Part shown: positions 1 through 9,360 of the stretch, piece after piece
Numbering within the stretch: the stretch's first letter is position 1
How the letters are laid out: each line of letters begins with the position of its first letter
DNA from: a virus
Virus record (IMG/VR): IMGVR_UViG_3300049255_000405
Reading direction: 5' to 3' (one strand)
Length of the DNA: 64,000 nucleotides
Translations under genes and position numbers: made by a program
The notes under the pieces: generated by a model
Seen by the model: the letters and a program-made list of their open reading frames with translations, nothing else
Databases searched by the model: none
What the model was told of the DNA's origin: nothing

Positions 1-288
1 GTCGTGGACAAGAAGAACGTCAACTCTTGGTTCCGCAAGGCCAAGAAGATCTCGTGCTGCTCGCTCGAGGAAGACGTCATGCACGCCATCTACGGCACCG
101 TGCGGGTCGGCGCTGTCCACACGCTGGCCATCCTCTGCACCAAGAAGGAGCAGAAGCGGGCTCGCGACATCATCCAGCAGTTCCAGGCGGACAACCAGTT
201 GCGCCGTCCGGGTGCAGCGTTGTTGGCCATTCTCGAGGAGTGGGCTGCCATCAAGCACCGCGTGGCCAAGAGAAGGGCGGCCAGTTGA
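1..288 (+). CDS. Hypothetical protein, 3' part of a gene that begins upstream of the window
   Basis: Open frame from the window edge (track ORF 4..288); GC3-rich codons. Confidence 0.4.
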   Translation, partial: VVDKKNVNSWFRKAKKISCCSLEEDVMHAIYGTVRVGAVHTLAILCTKKEQKRARDIIQQFQADNQLRRPGAALLAILEEWAAIKHRVAKRRAAS

Positions 289-509
289 CCGGGCCAATAC
301 GGCTCGTCCTCGGCGGCATCCTTGCCATCATAGTCACCTGGCTGCTTCCAGGCTGGGTGTCCAAAATAGCGGTGACGTCGGTCGCCGCGCTGCTCGTCTA
401 TGTGCAGGGCAGTGAGTGCATTTCAATTGTCCGGCGCCGACGCCGAGACAGGCAACGCGCAAAGGAGATGGAGGATCTGAAGGTCGTCTTGTACGTTCAC
501 GAATCATGA
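285..509 (+). CDS. Small two-TM membrane protein, possible TTG start overlapping the upstream stop
   Basis: C-terminal part of track ORF 27..509 is hydrophobic (LVLGGILAIIVTWLLPGW...VAALLVYV); no in-frame ATG. Confidence 0.25.
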   Translation: MTGPIRLVLGGILAIIVTWLLPGWVSKIAVTSVAALLVYVQGSECISIVRRRRRDRQRAKEMEDLKVVLYVHES

Positions 510-868
510 GCGTCAGGTACAAGACCGTCGTCATCTCCAGCATGCTCGACTCGCGTGTTCATGGCGAGAAGCGTTCGACATTCGTGAGCGCCACCGTGGA
601 ACTCGGCGGAATCACCGATGAGCAGTTCCGGGTAGAGCAGCTCCGAGTCGGGAAAGAGGTCGCTATAGCGGCCATCCAGAATGCTTTGTGTCGCCAGGAG
701 ATGAGCGAGACGGAGGCTCGTACTCGCGTCGCGGAGATCAAAGAGAATTACGACGGCTTCATCCAGCGTCTGGAAGCCAAACAGCAAAAGCAGGTCGAGA
801 ACTTCCTCGAGAAATCGGAGGAAGGTCAGGGCCCACCGCCGCAGGACCCGCCGCAACAAGATCCTTGA
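506..868 (+). CDS. Hypothetical protein
   Basis: ATG at 506 overlaps the upstream stop (ATGA); internal start of track ORF 416..868. Confidence 0.5.
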   Translation: MSVRYKTVVISSMLDSRVHGEKRSTFVSATVELGGITDEQFRVEQLRVGKEVAIAAIQNALCRQEMSETEARTRVAEIKENYDGFIQRLEAKQQKQVENFLEKSEEGQGPPPQDPPQQDP

Positions 869-1077
869 TGTGGACCTGCGATTTTGGCTCGAACTGGAAG
901 ATTGTCCCGTGTCCGGGGCCGGTGACACTTTTCTATTGCGTCACAGGGCTAGATCCCGACAGACCGTGGCTGGTTACTAGGTGCGACCGGCACCCGCTCG
1001 AAGAGCTATACAAGAACACGGGGTTCCAGCAGCTTTCGGCTGATGAATTCCTGATCTTAGAGGTCCACGAAGCCTAG
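868..1077 (+). CDS. Hypothetical small protein (69 aa)
   Basis: TGATG overlap with the preceding stop; part of track ORF 688..1077. Confidence 0.35.
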   Translation: MWTCDFGSNWKIVPCPGPVTLFYCVTGLDPDRPWLVTRCDRHPLEELYKNTGFQQLSADEFLILEVHEA

Positions 1078-1092
1078 GCTGTAAGGTCCGGC

Positions 1093-1797
1093 ATGTGGAT
1101 CGCAGTGCTCTTGGGCGCGCTGCTGCTTTTCATCGTGGCGGCCCACAAATGGGAGCCGCCGGAGCACAAGCCTATTCCAAGGCAGCCGGAGCCCCAACAG
1201 AAGAAGTTCGAGAATCGCGCCGCGGTCCATGAAGCTGGCCACACGGTCGCTGCATGGTGCTGCACTCAAGTGCATGACTTGAGATCCGTAACCATCGAAC
1301 TCAAAGAGGGTGGTCTCACCTCATTCTGGTCGTACGACAACGACACGCCAGAAAGCCGCTGGTGCGACATCGTCATCAATCTCGCCGGGCTCGCCGCTGA
1401 GATTGCCGCTTACGGCAAGTTCCGTGGCGCTGAATGCGAGTCGGATCTGAACAAGGCCAGGCAGCAGGCCAAACACTTGGCCGCCGAAGGCTTGCTCACG
1501 CCTCCGTGGAAAGCTCCAAAACGCCGGCGAAAGTTCTCCTTCGACAAGGTCTTCCACGCGCTCGACCCCAACCAGGCGCGGATCTTGGCCGAAGCATACG
1601 ACATGGCGCATCAGATCCTGGAAGCCTACGGCAATAGCTTCCATCGATTGGTGTCCATGCTCCTTACCAGGAAGACGGCTTCGGCCACGGATCTCGAAGC
1701 TGTTCTCGGTCCGCGTGCTCACGTCAAACTCATCGGGATCCCGGTGGCCGTTGGCTGGGTGAAGCCGAACTTCATACTCCCAATAGTCCAGGCGTGA
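1093..1797 (+). CDS. Membrane-anchored FtsH-like (M41) zinc metallopeptidase domain protein without an AAA module
   Basis: N-terminal TM helix; AAVHEAGHTVAAW (HEXXH) followed by VTI..G..LG and LAGLAAE..AYG...GAE.DL, as in the FtsH protease domain. Confidence 0.7.
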   Translation: MWIAVLLGALLLFIVAAHKWEPPEHKPIPRQPEPQQKKFENRAAVHEAGHTVAAWCCTQVHDLRSVTIELKEGGLTSFWSYDNDTPESRWCDIVINLAGLAAEIAAYGKFRGAECESDLNKARQQAKHLAAEGLLTPPWKAPKRRRKFSFDKVFHALDPNQARILAEAYDMAHQILEAYGNSFHRLVSMLLTRKTASATDLEAVLGPRAHVKLIGIPVAVGWVKPNFILPIVQA

Positions 1798-1804
1798 CTG
1801 TATT

Positions 1805-2689
1805 GTGAGTCCGATGACCGGACTCGGACTCGCAAAAGAGCAGATGGATCAGATGCTCGAGGAAGTGGCCGGATACACGGTCCACCTCGAGGAAGACCCG
1901 ACGCTCCCGGAACTCGGTACGAGATACCTGCAGCGTGTCCTGGCTCAATGCCGCAACTACACGAACAGGGTGCAGCACTACCTGCAGCTCTGCATGCGGG
2001 CCGAGCGGGCACTGCTCACCGAAATCAAGCAGGCGGAACTCGACTTCGAGTTCAAGGTCAAGGAGAAGCTTGCTGACGACGCTATTGTGAGGCAGCAGCG
2101 CGCCCTGGACGACCGCAAGGCCCTAGCCGAGAGTCTCCTCAAGGTCGAGGCCGAGAACCTGATGCTGCTCCGGGTTCAGCTCATCGATGTCCAGGAGACG
2201 GTCAAGCTACTGAAGTTCAAGTATAGCGACCTGGCCAGAACGAGCCAGGACATCAAAATGCAGCGCGCCCTTGTCAAGGACGACAAGATGGCGCAGCTCG
2301 CCGGCGAAGAGGGCTACAACAAGCCCCAAACGAACCCGGACCGGTCGGTGCCGAACGGGATGCCTGCTCCCGTGGCTCCAGAATCGCTGGGCCCCAAAGA
2401 GCTTTTGGACCCGAACAAGCGCCCGGAAGAGCTTCCGGAACCCATCGACGAGGCGCACGCCCAACAGATGGCCGAGTTCCTCCGACGCAACCCGGAGAAG
2501 CGGTCGTCGGAGCCGCCTCCGGCCGAGAAGAAAAAGAACGGACTTCTTTGTTCGGTCTGCAAGAGCCCGCAGTACGACACTCCTTCCGGAACAGTCTGCG
2601 ACAACCATCATGGTGGGGCAGACGGGGTCCCGCCGGAGCCCGAGCCGGCCATCAATTCCGGGGTGGATTACGGGGATCTCCTGACCTGA
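1805..2689 (+). CDS. Hypothetical coiled-coil protein with C-terminal Cys pair
   Basis: 294 aa ORF with GTG start (ATG at 1814 is an alternative); heptad-rich middle; CSVCKSP...CDNHH. Confidence 0.55.
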   Translation: MSPMTGLGLAKEQMDQMLEEVAGYTVHLEEDPTLPELGTRYLQRVLAQCRNYTNRVQHYLQLCMRAERALLTEIKQAELDFEFKVKEKLADDAIVRQQRALDDRKALAESLLKVEAENLMLLRVQLIDVQETVKLLKFKYSDLARTSQDIKMQRALVKDDKMAQLAGEEGYNKPQTNPDRSVPNGMPAPVAPESLGPKELLDPNKRPEELPEPIDEAHAQQMAEFLRRNPEKRSSEPPPAEKKKNGLLCSVCKSPQYDTPSGTVCDNHHGGADGVPPEPEPAINSGVDYGDLLT

Positions 2690-2813
2690 GGCTGTTACAA
2701 CTCTAGCCTTCAAATGTAGAGTCTTTTTGCAAGCCGGGGTAACAGCTGGCTGCGTTCAAGGTTACGGTTAACGTTCAAGATGGCCGCCGGCCAAATTGTC
2801 AGGAGAAAGTCAG

Positions 2814-3707
2814 ATGTCAGAGGCAATGGAGTTTGGGTTCGACGACGCGAAGGTCATCAAGCACCAGGGGATCGACCAGTTCAAGCTGAGCAAGACGGGC
2901 GAGCGCGCCCGCATCAGCGTCATCTCCTTCAAGAAGTTCCAAGACAAGGTCATCGCCATGAAGGCGAAGGAGAAGGGTTCCCCGCTCTCGGACGCCGAGA
3001 AGGCGGACATCATCTCCAAGATCGACAAGAAGCTCGCTGACCAGCTGGGCAAGCCGGTCGAGCAGCTCACCGAGGTCGACAGGCTCGACATCAAGCAGCC
3101 GCGGTTCCTGCTCGCCTACACACACTACGACAAGACCGACATCAAGGACGGCGGCGTCGGCACCATCCGCTGCCTCTCCGGGTACGAGGGCAACACGCTC
3201 GTCAAGCCCGAGCTGTGCTGCAACAAGTTCGGTGACGCCGAGCAGACGGTCGGCACCGTGGTCATGAAGTACCCGGTCGACGACAACATGCAGGTGGAGA
3301 TGGACATCTTCAAGATGAAGAAGATGACCGAGTTCGCCGTCTGGCGCATGTCGGCCAAGAAGTTCAAGAACCTCGAGTCGACCTACATCGAGGCGCACAA
3401 CGAGAAGAAGTTCTGCATCGACCTGCGCGTCCAGCTCGAGGGCGACCCGAAGTTCAAGAACCTCAAGATCGAGGCCGGCGGCGGCGCGACGTGGGCACGT
3501 GAGGACGTCGACCCGGCGATCCGCGCGTGGGTTCTCGACCAGGGGCTGCGCGCGTGGAAGCACGTCGCCAACAACCTCGGGTTCGAGATGAACAAGGAGA
3601 AGCTCGCCGAGCGTCTCGGTGGCGCCAAGGCTTCACCGCAGATCGCGGCCGAGGCTCAGGCCGAACAGCCCAAGCTCGTCGAGAGCTACGAATCACTGCT
3701 GACCTGA
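2814..3707 (+). CDS. Hypothetical Lys-rich protein; strong RBS suggests an abundant product
   Basis: AGGAG 9 nt upstream of ATG 2814; 297 aa; no recognisable motif. Confidence 0.6.
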   Translation: MSEAMEFGFDDAKVIKHQGIDQFKLSKTGERARISVISFKKFQDKVIAMKAKEKGSPLSDAEKADIISKIDKKLADQLGKPVEQLTEVDRLDIKQPRFLLAYTHYDKTDIKDGGVGTIRCLSGYEGNTLVKPELCCNKFGDAEQTVGTVVMKYPVDDNMQVEMDIFKMKKMTEFAVWRMSAKKFKNLESTYIEAHNEKKFCIDLRVQLEGDPKFKNLKIEAGGGATWAREDVDPAIRAWVLDQGLRAWKHVANNLGFEMNKEKLAERLGGAKASPQIAAEAQAEQPKLVESYESLLT

Positions 3708-3717
3708 GGAACCATCA

Positions 3718-4056
3718 GTGCTACTCAGCGGCGAGGCTGTCCACCTCGACAAGGGCAACACCCATGTCAAGCTGGATGAAGAATCGGTACGCAGGCTGGG
3801 CAAGGATCCTACGGAAGTAGACGTCCTTGCCGGCTTCAATACCTCCCAAGCCAGATATGTCGAGGATGGAGACAAAGTCGATCTCCTCTACGAAGGTGTC
3901 TGGAAAATGGAGAAGGGCCTGAAGGGTCCATGCAACGGTGCTCCCCCGTCCTATCGGGGCATTCGTGCTGAGTATTTCTATCTTTTCGGCACTGTCCGAG
4001 AGGTGGTCTTGACTCAGCGGCGAGTGCGAGTCGAGCCGGAACCCTTCGTCATCTAG
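3718..4056 (+). CDS. Hypothetical protein
   Basis: Track ORF with GTG start. Confidence 0.35.
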   Translation: MLLSGEAVHLDKGNTHVKLDEESVRRLGKDPTEVDVLAGFNTSQARYVEDGDKVDLLYEGVWKMEKGLKGPCNGAPPSYRGIRAEYFYLFGTVREVVLTQRRVRVEPEPFVI

Positions 4057-4089
4057 GTCGCGTGTCGGGCGGTAGCGGTTGAGGTAGAG

Positions 4090-4746
4090 ATGCCGAAGCC
4101 CTACCGCCCGAAACGTATTGGAGACCCGCTCCGGAAGTTCAAGCAGCCACGCAAAGAGCAGACGTGGTGGACGGCACAGCGGAAGTTCCTCGAGAAAACG
4201 ATGGAGGAAGACCACCGGGCGGGCCTTCCTCTTCGCGCGTGCATGTACACGTCGCATGTCTCGGGGCTCCCTGACGGTTGGTTCTTCGACAAAGCGCGCG
4301 ACATCGGGTACAAGTTCGACGACCCACGAGAGTTCGCCAAAGAACAACTCGCGAAGTGTTTCAAAACTGCCGATCGTCTCGAGAGTTATGTCGACACCTT
4401 CGTGCACATGCTCCGGCTCCTCTTTTCGCCAAAGGACTTCGAGTCGCTTGGGCCTAACTTCAAGGCGGAAGTGCTCGCAACGATGCGGCGGGAGCAGGCC
4501 AAGGGTAAGCCAATCACATTCGGTATGGGGGATGGTAATACCCGGAATCCTCGGAAATCGGAGTATGTGGCGGGTAGCAAGGGCCGGCTAGTTACCTGGA
4601 ACCCACCGAATGAGCAAGAAAAATCGGCCGAGAGTGATCGGGGACCCGCTTCGGAAGTTCAAGCAGCCGCACAAGAAGAACGAGTGTCCGCCAGCGATGC
4701 GGAAGATGCTCGAGGAGATGATGGAGCTGGACCATCGAGAGGGTAG
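4090..4746 (+). CDS. Hypothetical protein, paralog A of a tandem pair (IGDPLRKFKQP N-terminal motif)
   Basis: Shares N-terminus with the next ORF: R(P/V)IGDPLRKFKQP...(H/D)R(A/E)G(L/R)PLRA...(L/M)PD(G/K)WFF(D/E)KAR(D/A)(I/L)GYKFD. Confidence 0.55.
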   Translation: MPKPYRPKRIGDPLRKFKQPRKEQTWWTAQRKFLEKTMEEDHRAGLPLRACMYTSHVSGLPDGWFFDKARDIGYKFDDPREFAKEQLAKCFKTADRLESYVDTFVHMLRLLFSPKDFESLGPNFKAEVLATMRREQAKGKPITFGMGDGNTRNPRKSEYVAGSKGRLVTWNPPNEQEKSAESDRGPASEVQAAAQEERVSASDAEDARGDDGAGPSRG

Positions 4747-5110
4747 ACCTCTCCGGGCCGCTCTGACGACTTCCTCGAAGTCGGGAATGCCCGACAAGTG
4801 GTTCTTCGAGAAGGCCCGCGCCCTCGGGTACAAGTTCGATAATGAGTTCGAGTTCTGGTCGGATCAGTGCAAGCAGGTTTTTGCTCTGCGCACGGACCAC
4901 GAGTCCGATCTCGACGCGAGCGTGATGCGCACAGAAGAGAAAATGCGCCGGCAATACGGCGACGAAGCCTTCGAGGCCGCGGTCTGTCACAAGTACGGCA
5001 CCGTCATCGCGTGGCGCGAAGAAGTCAAGAAGATCGGCGAGGAAGCCTATCAGCAAGGCATCGCCGGCGCAAAGCTGGCACTTGAAGACAAGAAAGCCCG
5101 CCTGCACTAG
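4610..5110 (+). CDS. Hypothetical protein, paralog B of the tandem pair
   Basis: As above; start lies inside the 3' end of paralog A in another frame. Confidence 0.55.
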   Translation: MSKKNRPRVIGDPLRKFKQPHKKNECPPAMRKMLEEMMELDHREGRPLRAALTTSSKSGMPDKWFFEKARALGYKFDNEFEFWSDQCKQVFALRTDHESDLDASVMRTEEKMRRQYGDEAFEAAVCHKYGTVIAWREEVKKIGEEAYQQGIAGAKLALEDKKARLH

Positions 5111-5132
5111 CCGTTGAGCGTATTGTGGTGGG

Positions 5133-5867
5133 GTGCGAGTCCTCGGTCTCGACCCCAGCCTGACGGCGTACGGCTGGGCTGTACACGACGACGCGGCGAC
5201 GGGGCAGAAGAGGCGCGTGGCGAGCGGCCACGAAGGGACTCTTCCGTCTACCGTGCCGGTCGTGCGGTTCATGCACTTCCGGGCGCTAGTTAGCGACCTG
5301 CTGCGCCGTTACAACGTAGAACTCGTCGGGCTCGAGAGCCCGGCGTATCAGGCGGGTCCTTTCCAGCGGATCCACTTCGGCCTGATGATGTTCTCGCTCG
5401 AGGCGGTCTTCGAGAAGAGGCTCGACCTCGTTCTGTTCGACCCGGCGACGCTCAAGATGCTCGCCAAGGGAGATCCAGCCAAGCACAAGGGAGCCATGTC
5501 CAAGATGGACATGCAGCGCCGAGTGCAGCTGGATACTATGGCCGCGGGCGTCATAGATAACAACGAGGCCGACGCTTACCTGGTCGGCAAGTATGCGGCC
5601 CGGTTCAAGAGCCTGCGTGACGGCACCATCGAACCATCCCAATTGGAACCCTCCGAGAGGTTAGTTTTCATAGAACGGACCCGCCGTGTCAAAACTATGG
5701 CCGGCGTTGTACGTAAACGGGTAGCTCACGCCTTTCGAGAAAATTCTCGGTTCTTCAGCTTCTCTCAGGTCCCGGCGGGCCAAGTGTCCCTTCCCGCCAA
5801 ATCTGTGATAAGGCCGGAGATCTTGGCGTTCCTGGACTCTCTCGAGGCTTCCGAAGACAAGAAATGA
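5133..5867 (+). CDS. ruvC: RuvC-like Holliday junction resolvase
   Basis: N-terminus MRVLGLDPSLTAYGWAV matches the RuvC catalytic start (ILGIDPG..T.GYGV); 244 aa. Confidence 0.7.
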   Translation: MRVLGLDPSLTAYGWAVHDDAATGQKRRVASGHEGTLPSTVPVVRFMHFRALVSDLLRRYNVELVGLESPAYQAGPFQRIHFGLMMFSLEAVFEKRLDLVLFDPATLKMLAKGDPAKHKGAMSKMDMQRRVQLDTMAAGVIDNNEADAYLVGKYAARFKSLRDGTIEPSQLEPSERLVFIERTRRVKTMAGVVRKRVAHAFRENSRFFSFSQVPAGQVSLPAKSVIRPEILAFLDSLEASEDKK

Positions 5868-5877
5868 GGATGGCGAG

Positions 5878-7185
5878 ATGGCGAAGAATGGTATGACCTG
5901 GCATCCGAAGCTCGACAAGTGGCGCAAGGTCATGGACAAGCGCGTCAATCTCAAGGACGTCATCGTCCAGCCGTCTTTTCGAGTCGCGTGCATCAACACG
6001 GGCTCGACCGTTCTGAATCTGCTCATCGGCGGCAGCCGGCTCGAGGACGGCGCGTTCGTTTGCCCCGGGTATCCCAAGGGCAAGATCATCGAAATCTTCG
6101 GTCGCGAGAGTTCGGGCAAATCCACAATCGCCATGATGGCGATGGGCCAAGCCTGCCAGCAGAACGACAACACGGGGTGCGGCCTCTACGTCGACCTCGA
6201 GCACGCCGTCATCGACACGTATGCTCTCAAGCTCGGGTGCGATTTCCGTCCGCCGGAGCTGGGAGGGAGTGGCCAAGCCATCCGAGTCGCACCTCACACG
6301 TTCGAGGAGACCGAGGCGCTCGTCGATGCCGCGGCACTCAACGGCGTGGACCTCATCGTCATCGACTCGGTGGCTGGTTTCGTGAGCAAGCGCGAATTCT
6401 CACGAGACATCACCAACGAGAAAGAGAAGCTCGGCGTCGCCGAGGTTCCGCGCTTGATGAGCGGCTGGATGCCGAAGCTTCAGGACATCATCGCGCGGAC
6501 GGGAACGACGGTCATCTTCCTGAATCAAACGCGCGACAAGATCGGTGGCGGCGCCAACATGGCCAAGACCGAAGAGGGCAAGAAGAGCACGACCGGTGGA
6601 AACGCCCTGAAGTTTTGGGCATCGCTCCGGTGGCTCCTCGTCCCCAAGCAGTCGGCGAAGGCCAGCGTATGGAATCCTCTCACCAAGCAGAAGGAAGACG
6701 TCCCCGTCGCCACCGACGTTCTGGTCAAGAACATCAAGAACAAGATCGATGCACGTCAGGGGCACACGGGCCTGGTCACCATTCGCTACGGAGTCGGCAT
6801 CGACGAGATGCGTACGATGATGAACGTCGCCGAGGCGTACAAGATCGTGCAGGTCAAGAAGGCCAAGGGTCAGCCGACCAAGTACCAGTTCAAGGACCCG
6901 GTTTCGAACAGCATCACGGAGGCCGCGGGCATCGAGCGGTTCCGCCTGGCTCTGCAGAGGGACGAGACCGCTTGGGCGAGTCTCAACAACCTCTGCATCG
7001 AGAAGATCATGGCGGGCTTCAAGGCCATCGACGACGAGCAGCTCGCTCAGCTCGCCGAAGACGCGGTCATCGTCAAGACTGACGACGATGACGAGTACGA
7101 GGACCAGAGCACGACCGAGGAAGTCACGCCCGAAGAGATGGACGTGGAAGTCAATGAGGGGCTCGACGCGGAGAGTCTCGCGTGA
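5878..7185 (+). CDS. RecA/UvsX/RadA-family recombinase
   Basis: GYPKGKIIEIFGRESSGKST Walker A in RecA context; acidic C-terminal tail; RBS before ATG. Confidence 0.85.
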   Translation: MAKNGMTWHPKLDKWRKVMDKRVNLKDVIVQPSFRVACINTGSTVLNLLIGGSRLEDGAFVCPGYPKGKIIEIFGRESSGKSTIAMMAMGQACQQNDNTGCGLYVDLEHAVIDTYALKLGCDFRPPELGGSGQAIRVAPHTFEETEALVDAAALNGVDLIVIDSVAGFVSKREFSRDITNEKEKLGVAEVPRLMSGWMPKLQDIIARTGTTVIFLNQTRDKIGGGANMAKTEEGKKSTTGGNALKFWASLRWLLVPKQSAKASVWNPLTKQKEDVPVATDVLVKNIKNKIDARQGHTGLVTIRYGVGIDEMRTMMNVAEAYKIVQVKKAKGQPTKYQFKDPVSNSITEAAGIERFRLALQRDETAWASLNNLCIEKIMAGFKAIDDEQLAQLAEDAVIVKTDDDDEYEDQSTTEEVTPEEMDVEVNEGLDAESLA

Positions 7186-8510
7186 AGCTTCACCCAGTCA
7201 AAATCCACATCCAGAACTTCCAGAGCATCGACGATCTGGAAATTGAGGTGCATGGGTTCACATGCATCACCGGACCGTCGAACGTCGGCAAGAGCGCCAT
7301 CGTGCGCGCCACGTCTTCGGCCATCCTCAACAACCCGGTCGTCGGCATGGTGCGCAAAGGCGCGCAGTTCTGCACGGTGGAAATCTCGTCCGAGGGCTGG
7401 GGCTTCAAGTGGGAGAAGAACGACAAGGGAGTCAACCGCGTGTGGCTCCCCGGCAAAGACAAGCCGCTGGACAAGATCGGACAAGTCCAGGTCAAAGAGA
7501 TCTCGCAGATGGGCTTCGGCTCCATCGAAGTCGGTGACGACGAAATCCAGCCCTGGTTCGCGCCGCAGTTCCAATCGAAGGGGTGTGGACCTCTCTTCTT
7601 GCTGGACCAGTCGGGGCCGAGAGTAACCGACTTCCTGTCTGAAGTGTCGCGGCTGACTATCCTTCAGGACGCCATCGTTCTTGCCGCTCGAGGCAAACGC
7701 GGAGCGACAGACCAGGCCAAGAACAAGCACGAAGAGGCGGCCAACCTCAGGACGCTTCTGGCCCGCATCGGCGCCCTCGACACCCTGGAGAAGCTCGGGC
7801 GCGACCTCGAGGAACAGGCATCGAGCATCGAGCAGTACGAAGAGCGCATCACTCTTGGGGAATCACTCATCGCCAAGAGGGTGGAGGCCGAGCGGATTAT
7901 TCGGATACTCGAAAAGGTCGATGACGTAAAGATTCCCAAGGACGTAGCGGCCGAGCCCATTCAGAAGTTCCGCGACGTCTACCGCATCTGCGCTCTGCTC
8001 GAGAAGAGCGCGGCAAAAGTCCGCGACGTCCGGGACGTCTCTAAGGTGAAGGTTCCGGACCTTCTGGACGAAGAGATAGGCAAACTCCGCGAGCTGCAAC
8101 GGTTCGCTCAGCTGGAACCGCTACGCCAGTCGGTCAAGCTCCTGGAAGACCTCACGAAGGTCAAGGTTCCAGACTCCAAGAAACTCCGGGCCGAGATGGA
8201 GAAACTCTCGACCATCGCCGGGTACGCCACGAAGATAGAGGCTGCCCGAGCTTCGGTCGCTCTGCTCGATCAGGATGTACCGACCCCGGAGGATATCGAG
8301 GAGGTCAAGAGGCTTCGGCAACTCCTGGAACTCGACCAGCGCCTCCAAGAGGCGGCAGCCGATGTCATGACCCTCGAAGCCCAGGTCAAGCAGAACGACG
8401 CCGACCTGGAGAAAATCGACAAGGCCATCGCCGCCATTCCGGCTTGCCCAACGTGTCACCGACCGTGGAGCCCCGAGCACACCGGACGGCACAAGAAGCT
8501 GTCGGCCTAG
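7182..8510 (+). CDS. SMC/Rad50/SbcC-like ATPase N-terminal half: head N-lobe plus coiled coil ending in a CxxC hook
   Basis: GTGA overlap with recA-like stop; GPSNVGKSA P-loop after beta-rich N-terminus; long coiled coil; C-terminal IPACPTCHRPW. Confidence 0.6.
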   Translation: MKLHPVKIHIQNFQSIDDLEIEVHGFTCITGPSNVGKSAIVRATSSAILNNPVVGMVRKGAQFCTVEISSEGWGFKWEKNDKGVNRVWLPGKDKPLDKIGQVQVKEISQMGFGSIEVGDDEIQPWFAPQFQSKGCGPLFLLDQSGPRVTDFLSEVSRLTILQDAIVLAARGKRGATDQAKNKHEEAANLRTLLARIGALDTLEKLGRDLEEQASSIEQYEERITLGESLIAKRVEAERIIRILEKVDDVKIPKDVAAEPIQKFRDVYRICALLEKSAAKVRDVRDVSKVKVPDLLDEEIGKLRELQRFAQLEPLRQSVKLLEDLTKVKVPDSKKLRAEMEKLSTIAGYATKIEAARASVALLDQDVPTPEDIEEVKRLRQLLELDQRLQEAAADVMTLEAQVKQNDADLEKIDKAIAAIPACPTCHRPWSPEHTGRHKKLSA

Positions 8511-8998
8511 CGCTTCGTCTTCTCCGACCAGCGCCGCAGGTCGTCCAGGTGGTGGGTGTCGAGGACGACCGTGTCCTCGGCAAAGACCCGGAGACCAACG
8601 TTCGCACCCGAGATTTCGGCGAGCTGCCTGCCGACCTCGATAGCTTCCAGCTCCATTGCCATGAGCACTTGCAGGAACCCGTCCAGGTTGGGCGGGCACG
8701 CGGGAATCTGAATATAGGTCTGCATGGGGTCGGCGCCCATGCCGATGACCTTCATGTTCAGCGCGTACGTGTTCTTGCGCTCGTCCTCGGCATGCTCGTA
8801 CCAGTGCTCGGCGAGGCCGTCGCGGTACGGGCCGAGGAGCCGGTCCGCGAAGTTCCGATACGCCATGTCGATGGCGTACTTGGCCGAAAGGAACTTCTGC
8901 AGGTGCGCGATCACCTGGCCTTCCGGGACTGCGAACTCGCCCTCTTTGGACGGCATCGTGGCCACGCGGCTGGCGATTCGTAGGCGTCGAGCGTCCAT
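8507..8998 (-). CDS. Ferritin-like/Dps-like four-helix-bundle protein (tentative)
   Basis: Internal start of track ORF 8507..9415; helical profile with H/E/D spacing loosely resembling Dps; function uncertain. Confidence 0.35.
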   Translation of the reverse strand: MDARRLRIASRVATMPSKEGEFAVPEGQVIAHLQKFLSAKYAIDMAYRNFADRLLGPYRDGLAEHWYEHAEDERKNTYALNMKVIGMGADPMQTYIQIPACPPNLDGFLQVLMAMELEAIEVGRQLAEISGANVGLRVFAEDTVVLDTHHLDDLRRWSEKTKR

Positions 8999-9037
8999 TC
9001 GATCGCGACGAGGGATAAAAAGTGGTACTATTGCTAA

Positions 9038-9331
9038 GTGAGACGCATCGACTGGGCCTTCGTGACCAAGGACAAGGGGCTCGCACTGATGACCGTCCCG
9101 GACCTCGCCGGCAATGGCGAAATGTATCTTGCTGATTTTCGGGATACGCAAGCGTTGGGTTACAGAGCGACCAAGCACTTCGTCGGACTTTCGAAGACTC
9201 GAGGACTCCGACTCGGCGGCCACCCATTGCGGATGATCGATGGGGTCTGGTATATCACCGAGGACACTCAGACGGGCGTCCAGGATCTTCAAGTTTCTGA
9301 TGAAGCGTTCTGCCTGCAACCCATAAGGTGA
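9038..9331 (+). CDS. Hypothetical protein
   Basis: Track ORF; lies antisense to the implausible N-terminal extension of the - strand ORF. Confidence 0.3.
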   Translation: MRRIDWAFVTKDKGLALMTVPDLAGNGEMYLADFRDTQALGYRATKHFVGLSKTRGLRLGGHPLRMIDGVWYITEDTQTGVQDLQVSDEAFCLQPIR

Positions 9332-9360
9332 GTCATTGTTTATGCGGGAGCACGAGAGAG

